The translations under genes and the position numbers were made by a program. This document shows, one piece after another, positions 1 through 9,209 of a stretch of DNA of 64,000 bases. Position 1 is the stretch's first letter; the number at the start of each line of letters is the position of its first letter. Origin of the DNA: Candidatus Heimdallarchaeota archaeon. GTDB taxonomy: Archaea; Asgardarchaeota; Heimdallarchaeia; JABLTI01. The DNA lies in assembly GCA_018238155.1 (NCBI GenBank), contig JABCTZ010000022.1, positions 56,385-120,384 of the forward strand, read 5' to 3'. The notes beneath the pieces are model-generated. The model ran no database searches. It worked only from the letters and a program-made list of their open reading frames with translations, and had not been told where the DNA came from.

Positions 1-463
1 TTTCAGCTATTCCCCCAATAATTGCTTTTATCATGTCTTGTTCTTTATCATAATGTTTCTCTATGGCATGAACACAAATTTCCCCATCATTCTGGCTAAT
101 GATATTGTGTCCTTCTTTTTCGAGATTTTCTTTGGTTTCATAATAGCTAATGATATTCCCGTTGTGAGCTCCGATCATATCTCCATCGCAATCAAAGTGT
201 GGTTGAGCATTTATTTTGCTTGGCTTGCCAAAAGTTGACCAACGCAATTGACCGATACCAATATTTCCTTTCATTTCTGCTAGCTTTAATGATTCAATCA
301 CATAATCGATTGTTCCAACATCTTTTCTGAGATCGATCACTCCATCCTTATAAACTGCTAAACCGGCGCTATCATACCCACGATAGGCTAATCGTTTACC
401 AATAATCAAAAGCTTCTTTGCAACATCACTTTTTTTTGCTATTATACCAAAAATACCACACAC
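1..463 (-). CDS. glmS: Glutamine--fructose-6-phosphate aminotransferase, N-terminal GATase domain (runs off the window)
   Basis: Manual translation from GTG at 463: MCGIFGII...RLAYRGYDSAG...QLRWSTFG...NAQPH...AHNGNI. Class II GATase motifs. Absent from the ORF track because the window truncates it. Confidence 0.9.
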   Translation of the reverse strand, partial: MCGIFGIIAKKSDVAKKLLIIGKRLAYRGYDSAGLAVYKDGVIDLRKDVGTIDYVIESLKLAEMKGNIGIGQLRWSTFGKPSKINAQPHFDCDGDMIGAHNGNIISYYETKENLEKEGHNIISQNDGEICVHAIEKHYDKEQDMIKAIIGGIAE

Positions 464-988
464 TTTCTATATACCATCCTTAAATTGAGCCAAAAGTACA
501 GATAATTCAACATCTAACTGTAAATTCAAGTTTGGGAAAAATCTACCTAAATTTAATTTTTAGCTTAGTTTTGTAATCTCGTGCAAATAAACACCTCAAT
601 ATTTGCTTACGGATTTAAAATTGTGGTTGTATTCTTCTTTAGTGCTTTTGTTTTTTTTCTTTTTGTTTTATTTTTATTCTAATCCTGTTCGTTTCTTCTT
701 GTTGATTGTCTTTGCTTTCTTGTAGTTCTTGTGGTAATTTTTGCCCATAAGTTTCTTGATTCTTAGACCGATAATGAGTGCTAATTATTGAAAGTTCATT
801 CTACCAATGTTAGTACTTACTTAGGTTAAGAGTCTTGGAGAATGCTTAACATTGTGTCAATGGTCACCTTAATAGAATTATTTCTTTCCACAATCTTCTT
901 TCCTCGTATCTACCAACAACTCAACCACACTTTCGAAGAATTTAGTTTAAAAAGAGTTAAAAAAAAGGAATATTATTTGTACACTCTT

Positions 989-1675
989 TTAAACTTCATC
1001 AACAAAAGCACCAAATCCTCCACCATATGTTCCTTGGAGGATGAACGCTAAAATGAGTAAAAGAAGGCCGTTTACAATTAAAATTGAAAAAATACCTCCT
1101 CTAAATATTAGAGACTTCATTTTATAGTATTTGTCTTCAGAGTCCTCCTCATCATCCAATTCATACACATATTCATCAATTTCATCAGCTTCACTAATGT
1201 CTTCTTCAAATTCAACTTCATCGTCGTCTTCATCTTCTTCATATTGGTATTCATCATCATCTAAATACTCATGTTTAGTTGATCGATCTTTTTTCTGTTG
1301 CTTGTCCTTGATGATTTCTTTGTATATTTTAGACTTCGTATTTTCTCTTCTAACCATTTTATAAACGAAGAAATTTCGATAAGCCATATCACCAAGTACA
1401 GCAAAACCAAAAAACACCATACCAACAAGACCAATAACTGCTACTGGATTGACATTTTCAGGGAAGCCAACATAATAATCTATGAGAATAATCGTTCCGG
1501 CAATAAGAAAGGATGGAATGGTCATTAACAGAATTAGAGCCCACTTTGGTAATTTAATTTCAGGTAATTTGAATTTTCTGTTTTCTTGTTCAAAATCATT
1601 TTCAACAAGAATATCATCATCATTTTCAATTGCAGTTTCCTCTATAATTTCGTTTTCCGCAGACACTAAAATCAC
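989..1675 (-). CDS. Hypothetical membrane protein with acidic low-complexity regions
   Basis: Three hydrophobic segments separated by D/E-rich tracts. Confidence 0.75.
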   Translation of the reverse strand: MILVSAENEIIEETAIENDDDILVENDFEQENRKFKLPEIKLPKWALILLMTIPSFLIAGTIILIDYYVGFPENVNPVAVIGLVGMVFFGFAVLGDMAYRNFFVYKMVRRENTKSKIYKEIIKDKQQKKDRSTKHEYLDDDEYQYEEDEDDDEVEFEEDISEADEIDEYVYELDDEEDSEDKYYKMKSLIFRGGIFSILIVNGLLLLILAFILQGTYGGGFGAFVDEV

Positions 1676-1869
1676 CTGTTAATAGGATTAATAATAATAA
1701 TTTATTCTAAAAGGATTGTCAATAGTTTGTATAATACTATTTCACAATTGTTAGAGCTACAATCGCATTTATGACACAAAAAGAATATTTATGAAGTGGT
1801 ATCATTTTACCATAATACGAACTTAAACTCAGACCAATTATTATAGTTAAATTTGTCGGTGCATACTTA

Positions 1870-2880
1870 ATGTTTACTATCGGATTTGTAGGAATTGATA
1901 ATGCCGGAAAAACAACTATTATTGATATTTTTTCCAAGCAAAAATTATCACAAACTATTCCTACAGTTGGAGTAAATCTTGAACAAATCGGTTTTTCTGA
2001 AATAGATTTTGAAGTAAATATTTTGGATATGGGCGGTCAAAAGCACTTTAGGTTATTATGGGTTGATTATCTCAATACTGTTGATGCAATTATCTACGTT
2101 ATAGATTCTGGCGATCACGAACGTTTAGATGAAACTTTAAACGAATTCAGAAAAATGCTTGTTTTAACTGAAGTTAATGCTGTTCCAATTTTGGTTTTAC
2201 TTAATAAAACGGATTTACCCGATTCTATGAATGCTATGGATATTGGTGATAAATTATCTGTTTTCCCAGAATTAGCGAATAGAAATTGGAACATCATCGA
2301 AACAAGTGCAGTCACAACAAAAGGGCTCATTGAGATGTTTAAGTGGACCTACTCAAAGGTCACTACAAAAACAATTGAATTTGATGTTGAATACAGAGAA
2401 AGTGATGACAAAAAATACTATACTCCTTGCCCTCTTTTGCTGAAACTCAATGATGGTAATTATTGTATAAATCATGACGAGTTCACTCAAATAAAATTAG
2501 TCCCGTTAGACTCACTCTTTAATTCAGAAATACTTGAAACAGAGGACATAATTAAAGATACCAAAGAAGAATTTAAGAAAACAGGGGATAAAGTTTGTTT
2601 CAATAGTATTTTTGTTTCTGATGCAGACGAAATAATCCACTGTGCAACAGACAATTCAGATATTGAAGTCGAAAGTGTCAATGCAAGTAAAGAAGAATAT
2701 ATTGATTCTTATAATATGATGCATTTAACTGGTGGAGTGATTTGTTCAGAATGTTTGTATAAAATACTCTTCTCAGTGCTTAAACGTAAAATAAAAGCAG
2801 GAATTGAACTGCACAATGATGAAATAGAAAGTGTTAAGGAAGCCGAACAAAGACGCTCTACAGATTTAAGTAAATGTTAG
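1870..2880 (+). CDS. Arf-family small GTPase with a C-terminal Cys-containing extension
   Basis: GIDNAGKTT, PTVG, DMGGQ, NKTD and ETSA motifs; about 170 extra C-terminal residues. Confidence 0.9.
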   Translation: MFTIGFVGIDNAGKTTIIDIFSKQKLSQTIPTVGVNLEQIGFSEIDFEVNILDMGGQKHFRLLWVDYLNTVDAIIYVIDSGDHERLDETLNEFRKMLVLTEVNAVPILVLLNKTDLPDSMNAMDIGDKLSVFPELANRNWNIIETSAVTTKGLIEMFKWTYSKVTTKTIEFDVEYRESDDKKYYTPCPLLLKLNDGNYCINHDEFTQIKLVPLDSLFNSEILETEDIIKDTKEEFKKTGDKVCFNSIFVSDADEIIHCATDNSDIEVESVNASKEEYIDSYNMMHLTGGVICSECLYKILFSVLKRKIKAGIELHNDEIESVKEAEQRRSTDLSKC

Positions 2881-3302
2881 TAGTAATTATTGTTTGTATT
2901 TTATAATTACAGTATCATATACCTCTTTGCAGTCTTTGTTGATATTTCTCTGGTTAAATAATTCAGATATCTCTCTAGCTACTTGGATTGCAATAACGAT
3001 ATATTTTCCATCAATTGTATTAGCTATCTCATTTGAAATTTCAAAAACTATTTGATATTATTTTATTAAAGCAGACATGGTTTCACCACTCATTTCTGAT
3101 TCATTGACAGAGGAGTCCCCTTTGTAAGCATAGATTTCTTGTTTTAAACAGAATCACTACTAGGCATATTTCTAATGGATTTGAAGTGAGTGTTATTTTT
3201 AGTTTTTTGGGATAAAATTTTAAGGAGAATATACTAGTTTGTTCTCAATTACAAATTAAACCTTTGTAGAAATAAAAGAAAAAAATTGTTGAGGAACGCA
3301 AG

Positions 3303-4643
3303 TTGAATGGTAAAGAAATAATCCAAAAAGTTCGCCAAAAAATGAAAGATCATCATGATTTATTCGCTCGAGCTATCCCTTTGATTGCTTCTGAAAATAT
3401 TACTAGTAAAGAAGTAAGAGAAGCAACATTATCTGATTTCAGTCATAGATATGCAGAAGGATGGCCTGGAGAGCGTGTTTATGCCGGATGTCAGCATCTA
3501 GATGAAGTAGAGTTTATTTGTATGGATTTAGCCAAAGAAGTATTTGGTGCAAAATTCGCAGATGTTCGACCAATATCTGGAGTAGTAGCTAATTTAGTTC
3601 TTTATTCTGCATTCACTAACCCAGGAGATATTAGTATGTCTATCAGCATTCCTTGTGGTGGTCATATATCAACGGGACCTTTACACACAAGTAAGGGTGC
3701 ATATATGGGTGGAACTGCAGGAGCAGTTCGAGGATTAAATGTTAAATACATCCCATTCGATAGACGCGGATTAGTTATTGACGTAGAAAAAGCAGAAGAA
3801 GCAATAAAAGAATTGAAACCAAAATTACTCCATTTTGGAGCTTCAGTATTCCTATTTCCACATCCTGTTAAAGAACTCGCTCCAGTTGCTAAGGATTTAG
3901 GTGCAAAAGTTACTTATGATGCTGCACATGTTTCAGGTTTAATTGCATGTGGGCATTTCCAAGATCCTTTAGCTGAAGGCGCAGAAGCTATGGCTTTTTC
4001 AACCCACAAAACAATGTTTGGACCACAACATGGTTGTGTAGTCTCATCAAGTGATGATGAAGAAACTACTAATAAAATTAAGAGAGCTACCTTCCCAGGT
4101 ATGACCAGCAATCATCATTTACACAATGTTGCAGGATTAGCAATTGCCCTTGCTGAAATCAAAGAATTTGGCAAAGAATATGGTGGGCAAGTTATTAAGA
4201 ATTCACAAGCATTAGCAAAATACCTTGAAGCAGAAGGATTCTTCGTTTGCGCAAAAGATAAAGGCTATACTAAATCACATACCTTATTAGTCGATGTCAG
4301 TCCATTACAAGAAAAATCAGGATTAGGAAAAGACATCGAAGAAGACCTTGAGAAAGCAGATATTATTCTCAATAGAAATTTACTACCATGGGACATGTAT
4401 GAAGGAAGAAATTACCTAAACCCAGGTGGAATTAGAATGGGCACTTCTGAAATTACAAGACTAGGTATGAAAGAATCTGAAATGAAAGAAATTGCAAACT
4501 TTATGCGTAGAGTAGTCATTGATCGTGAAGAGCCTACAAAAGTTGCTAAAGATGTCAATACTTTCAGAAGCGCTTTCCAAAAACTTCACTATTGCTTCAG
4601 CTCCAATGAAGATGCTTACAAATTCATAGAGATAGTAAAATAA
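3303..4643 (+). CDS. glyA: Serine hydroxymethyltransferase (archaeal type)
   Basis: LIASEN, YAEG, YDAAHV, STHKT (PLP lysine) and GIRMGT motifs. Confidence 0.97.
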   Translation: MNGKEIIQKVRQKMKDHHDLFARAIPLIASENITSKEVREATLSDFSHRYAEGWPGERVYAGCQHLDEVEFICMDLAKEVFGAKFADVRPISGVVANLVLYSAFTNPGDISMSISIPCGGHISTGPLHTSKGAYMGGTAGAVRGLNVKYIPFDRRGLVIDVEKAEEAIKELKPKLLHFGASVFLFPHPVKELAPVAKDLGAKVTYDAAHVSGLIACGHFQDPLAEGAEAMAFSTHKTMFGPQHGCVVSSSDDEETTNKIKRATFPGMTSNHHLHNVAGLAIALAEIKEFGKEYGGQVIKNSQALAKYLEAEGFFVCAKDKGYTKSHTLLVDVSPLQEKSGLGKDIEEDLEKADIILNRNLLPWDMYEGRNYLNPGGIRMGTSEITRLGMKESEMKEIANFMRRVVIDREEPTKVAKDVNTFRSAFQKLHYCFSSNEDAYKFIEIVK

Positions 4644-4741
4644 CAAAATTATGCTCTATATTAGAGCTAAAAACAGCTGGAAAAGACTATAATAAACAAT
4701 AGTGCTTTTCTTTTATTTTTCTTTTTGTAAATTCAAATTAT

Positions 4742-5302
4742 TCAAGGATGTAAGTAGCCAGTTTTTCTCCTCACTTCTTTACCATCTTTATTGATATATG
4801 AATAATCAATTCTTAAATAATATTTCTTTATATTGTATTTTTCCAACTTGCAATTCTCAAGTGTGTATGTTACTTTATCTTTTGGTGCAAGCTCAAATAC
4901 TTTTGTGCCTTTAATAGATTTGATTTCATCAAAATAATTGTAACTCCATCCTACAGTTTTTAATACGTAAAATTCGATTTTATGTAAAGTAACAATTGTA
5001 TCAAAATCACCCATATTACGAACAATAAATTGTAAATTAATTATAAAATCAAATGAATAAGAGAAATATCTACGTTTTTGAGGTTTAAATGCTATTTTGA
5101 TAAATTGTATTTTTGCATCCTTTGGTATTTTTGATTCTATTTCCTTTATCCTTAATTCTTCCATTTTCTCGTCATAACGTTTTTTTCTTACAACTTCAAA
5201 AATTTTGAATATAGCTAGTATTATTCCAAAACCTAGAGAAACAATTGTTAAAATTTCCCAACCACTATCTATTGACCAATCAACTGCCATAATAAATCCC
5301 AA
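4742..5302 (-). CDS. Hypothetical protein: N-terminal TM helix plus beta-rich domain
   Basis: ORF track; hydrophobic N-terminal helix. Confidence 0.6.
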   Translation of the reverse strand: MGFIMAVDWSIDSGWEILTIVSLGFGIILAIFKIFEVVRKKRYDEKMEELRIKEIESKIPKDAKIQFIKIAFKPQKRRYFSYSFDFIINLQFIVRNMGDFDTIVTLHKIEFYVLKTVGWSYNYFDEIKSIKGTKVFELAPKDKVTYTLENCKLEKYNIKKYYLRIDYSYINKDGKEVRRKTGYLHP

Positions 5303-5348
5303 TTGAAATTTAACAATGAATTATATGAATCTTTTCAATGAAGGAACA

Positions 5349-5663
5349 TCAAGCAAAATACAAAATTACTGTAACAACAATTGAAATTATTGCTAAACCT
5401 AAAGCTACAAAGGAAATTTTATTAGCTCTACTAGCTTTTCTATTTGCTTCCTTGTTTTCTGCTAAACTATCTTGGTCATAGCGTAACTTAATTCTCACAT
5501 CTGGGTTATTAACAGTAATCATTACTAACTCGAGTAATCCACCACTTTCATATTCATATTTTTCAATAACTTTACGGCTAGTAAGACCGATTATAGCTGA
5601 AGTTGCATGTTTAAGCTTTCGTTTGATTCCTTTGAGAAAAGAATAAAAACTTTTTATCTTCAT
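5349..5663 (-). CDS. Hypothetical tail-anchored membrane protein
   Basis: C-terminal TM helix; ATGA overlap with the upstream gene. Confidence 0.6.
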   Translation of the reverse strand: MKIKSFYSFLKGIKRKLKHATSAIIGLTSRKVIEKYEYESGGLLELVMITVNNPDVRIKLRYDQDSLAENKEANRKASRANKISFVALGLAIISIVVTVILYFA

Positions 5664-5839
5664 TTAACTCTACCCCTAATCGCTTGTAGAATCGTTCTAC
5701 CAGTTCTTTGTGCTGACATTTTTTTGAACCCGTTTTTCCTTTGTTGTATTTTGCCTTTCAAGACAGCAAAATTGTGCATAATTGACACAATCGGTTTGTC
5801 TAGTTGAAAAGTAAAATTATCTAATATTCTTTTTTTCAT
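5660..5839 (-). CDS. Small basic hypothetical protein (59 aa)
   Basis: Manual translation MKKRILDNFTFQ...QAIRGRVK; ATGA overlaps with both neighbours. Confidence 0.5.
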   Translation of the reverse strand: MKKRILDNFTFQLDKPIVSIMHNFAVLKGKIQQRKNGFKKMSAQRTGRTILQAIRGRVK

Positions 5840-6180
5840 AATTCTCCCTCGATAACCATAAACAAAGTATCAACTACTTCGCTAATATCCTTACAAGCAT
5901 ACACTCTGTCATAACTGCTCATATCCACAAATTCATCGTGGAGAATTTTGTAATGAATTACTTCGGTAGTAAAATCATCATCAATATATGCGGTAAATCC
6001 TTCACTCTGCATTGATCCAGCGAATGAATGGTCATATAATTCGTAATGGAATTTTACTTGTCCATTGCGAATGCTTATTTTTGCTGTATCATTGAATCGG
6101 AATTCTTCCTCAAGACTTTGTTTAATAAAAAGCAAATTGCTTTCTTTTCTAAATCTTCTACGTTTTAATATCTGTAACAT
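5836..6180 (-). CDS. Hypothetical protein
   Basis: ORF with a purine-rich RBS, translationally coupled to the next gene. Confidence 0.6.
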   Translation of the reverse strand: MLQILKRRRFRKESNLLFIKQSLEEEFRFNDTAKISIRNGQVKFHYELYDHSFAGSMQSEGFTAYIDDDFTTEVIHYKILHDEFVDMSSYDRVYACKDISEVVDTLFMVIEGEL

Positions 6181-6204
6181 TTTTTTCCCCTACCCTTTTC
6201 TTTT

Positions 6205-6350
6205 TTATCCATGTCCTTGACTAACATCAGCATCAATTTTATAATCACTGAAATCTGTCTTTTTCTTTTTATTTCGCCCCTTCTTTAACGGATTTTCTCC
6301 ATAGGAAGAAAAATCAAAAATTATTTCTTTTTTACATCAATTTCTGTCAT
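6205..6350 (-). pseudogene. Small ORF broken by a 1-nt deletion in an A-run
   Basis: MTEIDVKK continues in another frame as EIIFDFSSYGENPLKKGRNKRKK...GHG*. Confidence 0.4.
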
Positions 6351-6356
6351 TTCTAT

Positions 6357-7309
6357 TTAACCCACCCCAGATTTTTCCATCATCCCCAAAGATGTTCTCA
6401 ATCTTTTACCACCTTTTTTTATGAAGTTATTATGGTCTATTGGTTTTGCAATAAAATCTCGATAATCTGATTGTCCTTTTGTTGCAATATATTCACTATA
6501 ATCATCTTGAACTGTTTGTGAATCTCGATAAGCATCAATATCATTTTTTTTGTTGGTGGAATTGTTTGTGTATAATCTTGTTGAACTTGTGTAGCTTCTT
6601 CTGGATTGCGTCTAAGTAATCCAGTTGCTTGAATACCAAGCCAGGGTCTCGCTCTACTCTTCAATGAAAAATTTCTCATCGGTTTAACAACTAAGTTCCC
6701 GATACGAACTTTAGCATCTATTTTTGATTTATTTGATTTGGCAATAATTTTATCGTTCAGGATCATCTCTACATGCCATTTTTCTCTGTCATCATTCTCG
6801 TATTGAAAATTAACAATCTGTTTTGTATCAAATTGTATTTGTGTTTCAAAAGACCATTCATTTTTATCTTCTGCAGTGAATTCAACGATTTGGCTTTCAT
6901 TGATTATAAAAGTATGATTTACTCCGTTTTCTTCTTGCTTTGATTGAACGAAAACATTATCATCTCGTGCTGTGAAAATCTTTTCTATCCATTGACCGCC
7001 TTGTGGTCTAACTGAAAATGTGTAAGTTTCATCTTGGAACAAATTAGTTAATTGATATGTTTTTGCTTGAATTTTTTCCGCAATATTCAAATTGAACCCT
7101 TTTACTAGAACATCAAAACTATCAACAATATTTGATTTCCAAGTTATTAGTGCTGAATCACTTGTTGGTTTGATTTGTAGATTAGTGATTGCACTTTCTT
7201 CTTGTTGATTTTTGAAAAATCGTCCTGTAAATCTATTATTTTTTAAATTTTGAAATTTCTCTTTTTTACTCGCAACTATTTTTATTTTTGCATTTATCCT
7301 TTCTGTCAT
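6357..7309 (-). CDS. Fibronectin type III-like domain protein; probable frameshift in the A8 run near 6544-6551
   Basis: ITNLQIKPTSDSALITW...YQLTNLFQDETYTFSVRP is an FN3 pattern. The ORF track stops at 6437, but the shifted frame continues NDIDAYRDSQTVQDDY...GVG* to 6357. Confidence 0.6.
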
Positions 7310-7423
7310 TTTTTGTTTTACCTCTCATATAAATTTGAAAGGGATAGAAAGAAAGCACATTTTGGAGGAATGTTTAAAAAATTATTTAAGCGAAATCTCC
7401 CTACCCCAAATCAGCATAATTAT

Positions 7424-7723
7424 TTAAATTGCAATATCCAACAAATGAATTGTTGCACTTTTTGGTCGCCCATCTCCAATAGCGAATGTCTTTTCCGCTT
7501 GCGTTATCTGTTTTGTATGACCAAAATTCATTGTTCTTGTTTCGGCAATTCCTGAACGAATTTTGTTAATGATCTGACCTTGACCGATTTGCATCTGTCC
7601 AACTTGCATTCTTCTACTTCTCTTTATTCCAACAACATTTTTTACGTTTTGAATGATTGCTTTTCCTCTTGTTCTAACATTAGATAATATAGTATTTGAA
7701 ATTATGATTACCCCCAATTTCAT
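7424..7723 (-). CDS. Basic hypothetical protein
   Basis: ORF track; same orientation as the rest of the element. Confidence 0.5.
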   Translation of the reverse strand: MKLGVIIISNTILSNVRTRGKAIIQNVKNVVGIKRSRRMQVGQMQIGQGQIINKIRSGIAETRTMNFGHTKQITQAEKTFAIGDGRPKSATIHLLDIAI

Positions 7724-7854
7724 CGGTTGATTTGTTTTTAAAGCAGTTAATCATCTGCTATACGAAAAGTGATTTGTATTATATCTTACTTTGCGTTCTT
7801 TAGATTAATTAGTCTTTTGTTTGTTTAAACGTTTCTTTTAACTATTCTGTAACA

Positions 7855-7986
7855 TTAACTCAAAAAGAACCCACCAAAATCAATACTTATTTTTTCTTTT
7901 TTACATTCTAAGCATTTTCGTTTATTGTTTTCTACTATTTGATTAGTTTTTTTACCACAATTTGAGCAGTAGACATATACTTTCAT
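7855..7986 (-). pseudogene. Small zinc-ribbon protein, frameshifted
   Basis: MKVYVYCSNCGKKTNQIVE / NKRKCLECKKKKISIDFGGFFLS*: two CxxC pairs in different frames. Confidence 0.5.
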
Positions 7987-8090
7987 TCATCTATCACCCC
8001 TTTTTCATTCTTCATTCTTTTTTCTCACCTATGCGGTTTTCTCATTTTTTTCATATTGTATTGAATAGTATTATATTTAATAGTATTATT

Positions 8091-8118
8091 TTTACGAACA
8101 ATAGTAAATGTTCGTAAA
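8091..8118. repeat. Perfect 10-bp inverted repeat with 8-bp spacer (candidate dif/lox-like recombinase site or terminator)
   Basis: TTTACGAACA-ATAGTAAA-TGTTCGTAAA, about 10 bp beyond the recombinase stop codon. Confidence 0.6.
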
Positions 8119-8127
8119 GTATGCTGT

Positions 8128-8800
8128 TCATAAATCTGCATAACTCATATCTTCTCCTAGTCCTTCTATTGGTCTTGCATACAGTTTTGTAGTAGATGGT
8201 GACTTGTGCCTCGCTAATCGAGAAGCATTAATTGAATCACGATATTTATCTAAAACTTGTGAAATATAATATCGCCTGAGTTGATGAGCAGTCAAAACCT
8301 TTCGTTTTGGATACTCTTTTGGTAAAAATTTGTTGATTTTTGTTATCTGATATGCTAAAGTATCATAACTACCAACAAGATGTTTAATTTTTGTTATGCC
8401 TTGCTTCCGTAAATTTGTAATCAAATCGTGTAATGGTTTATTGATTGCAATTGCTCTCATAGATTCCTCAGATTTTGGTGTCCAAAAACCAGCATAACGT
8501 TTCTTATGTCGTTTTTTTGCTTGTTTTTGATTGTCTTTGTATTCATATTCTTGCCAATAGTAACATTTTCTTCGTTTACAATGACTACAAGAACACTTCA
8601 CAGGCGATAGTTTAATTGAACCATATTTGCCCCCACCATCAATAATATGTTTGTCAAAATCAAAGTGGTACATCTCAGATAATCTTAAACCTGAAAATGC
8701 AAACATCTTCAAAAATAGTAAACTCTTTTCAAATCGTTTTGGTTGTTCTTCTACTAACTCTTCTAATTCTTTTATTACTAAATGTAATTTGCCAAATTGA
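8128..8800 (-). CDS. Tyrosine recombinase catalytic domain (N-terminus apparently deleted)
   Basis: SGLRLSE (R), WTPKS (K), AHQLRRYY (HxxR), ARHKS (H) and TTKLYAR (Y). The frame is open to about 8800, with the first start at TTG 8712. No core-binding domain. Confidence 0.85.
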
Positions 8801-9209
8801 ACCTAAACCAGCTGGTGCATCAAAAATTACATACTCTGCTGTTAATTCTGAATGGTTGATAATATCAGCAACAAATTGCGACATACTTTCCCCAACGACT
8901 GACTTAACTGAACCCACCAACATTGAAGTACATATTACTTCAATCGGATTTGCTTCTGTATTATGCACCCAAATGAAAGGTAATATTTTTCCGCCATCAG
9001 AAATTTGCATAAAATTTTCCTTGAAGGAATTCCCAGAAAATTCTGAATAACTTGAACTTGAAATATCTAAATCTATGTAAGCTACCCTATGTGTTTTTGA
9101 TAATTCTTTGGCAAGTAACATCGCAAAAGTGGTTTATCAAGTGAATTAACTCAAGAGTTAATACAATACCTGAACCACCTTTGATAGATGCGTTTATCAC
9201 TGATTTCAT
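8729..9209 (-). CDS. ParA/MinD/Mrp-family ATPase with a 31-nt intron; C-terminally truncated
   Basis: join(9209..9167, 9135..8729) gives MKSVINASIKGGSGKTTFAMLLAKELSKTHRVAYIDLD...EYVIFDAPAG (deviant Walker A, A' and B motifs). The ATG overlaps the upstream stop (TAATG). Confidence 0.88.
9136..9166 (-). other. Bulge-helix-bulge (tRNA-endonuclease type) intron, 31 nt
   Basis: 10-bp exon stem, CAGG/CUUG central helix, UAU and AUA bulges, intron hairpin. Canonical cleavage restores the frame and the Walker A lysine. Confidence 0.88.

Noticed and set aside
1131-1364. Ser-rich ORF and the many other short antisense or overlapping ORFs in the track (for example 59979-60263, 60029-60301, 49957-50478)
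   Set aside because: Shadows of real genes on the opposite strand or in another frame.
2880-3190. Possible minus-strand gene remnant between the Arf gene and glyA
   Set aside because: Several stops and no recognisable motif, so it cannot be supported.
3663-3707. Hairpin in glyA (CATATAT...ACCTTTAC-ACACAA-GTAAGGGT...ATATATG) overlapping a short protein insertion, considered as a second BHB intron
   Set aside because: No 3-4-3 bulge-helix-bulge geometry (the 3' strand has no 3-nt bulge) and the frame is intact.
4644-4741. att site or tRNA target at the left edge of the element
   Set aside because: No tRNA-like sequence and no convincing direct repeat with 16280-16490 by eye; only a short GCTCTA/TAGAGC hairpin and a weak GACTAT...AAACAAT inverted match.
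8770-8810. A second intron that would fuse the ATPase in frame to the recombinase
   Set aside because: Only short palindromes (AATTTGGCAAATT) and no BHB; both proteins are half-length, which a deletion explains better.
9136-9166. The 31-nt insertion as a transposon footprint or recombinase site
   Set aside because: No target-site duplication, the inner spacer is only 2 nt, and the boundaries match BHB cleavage positions exactly.
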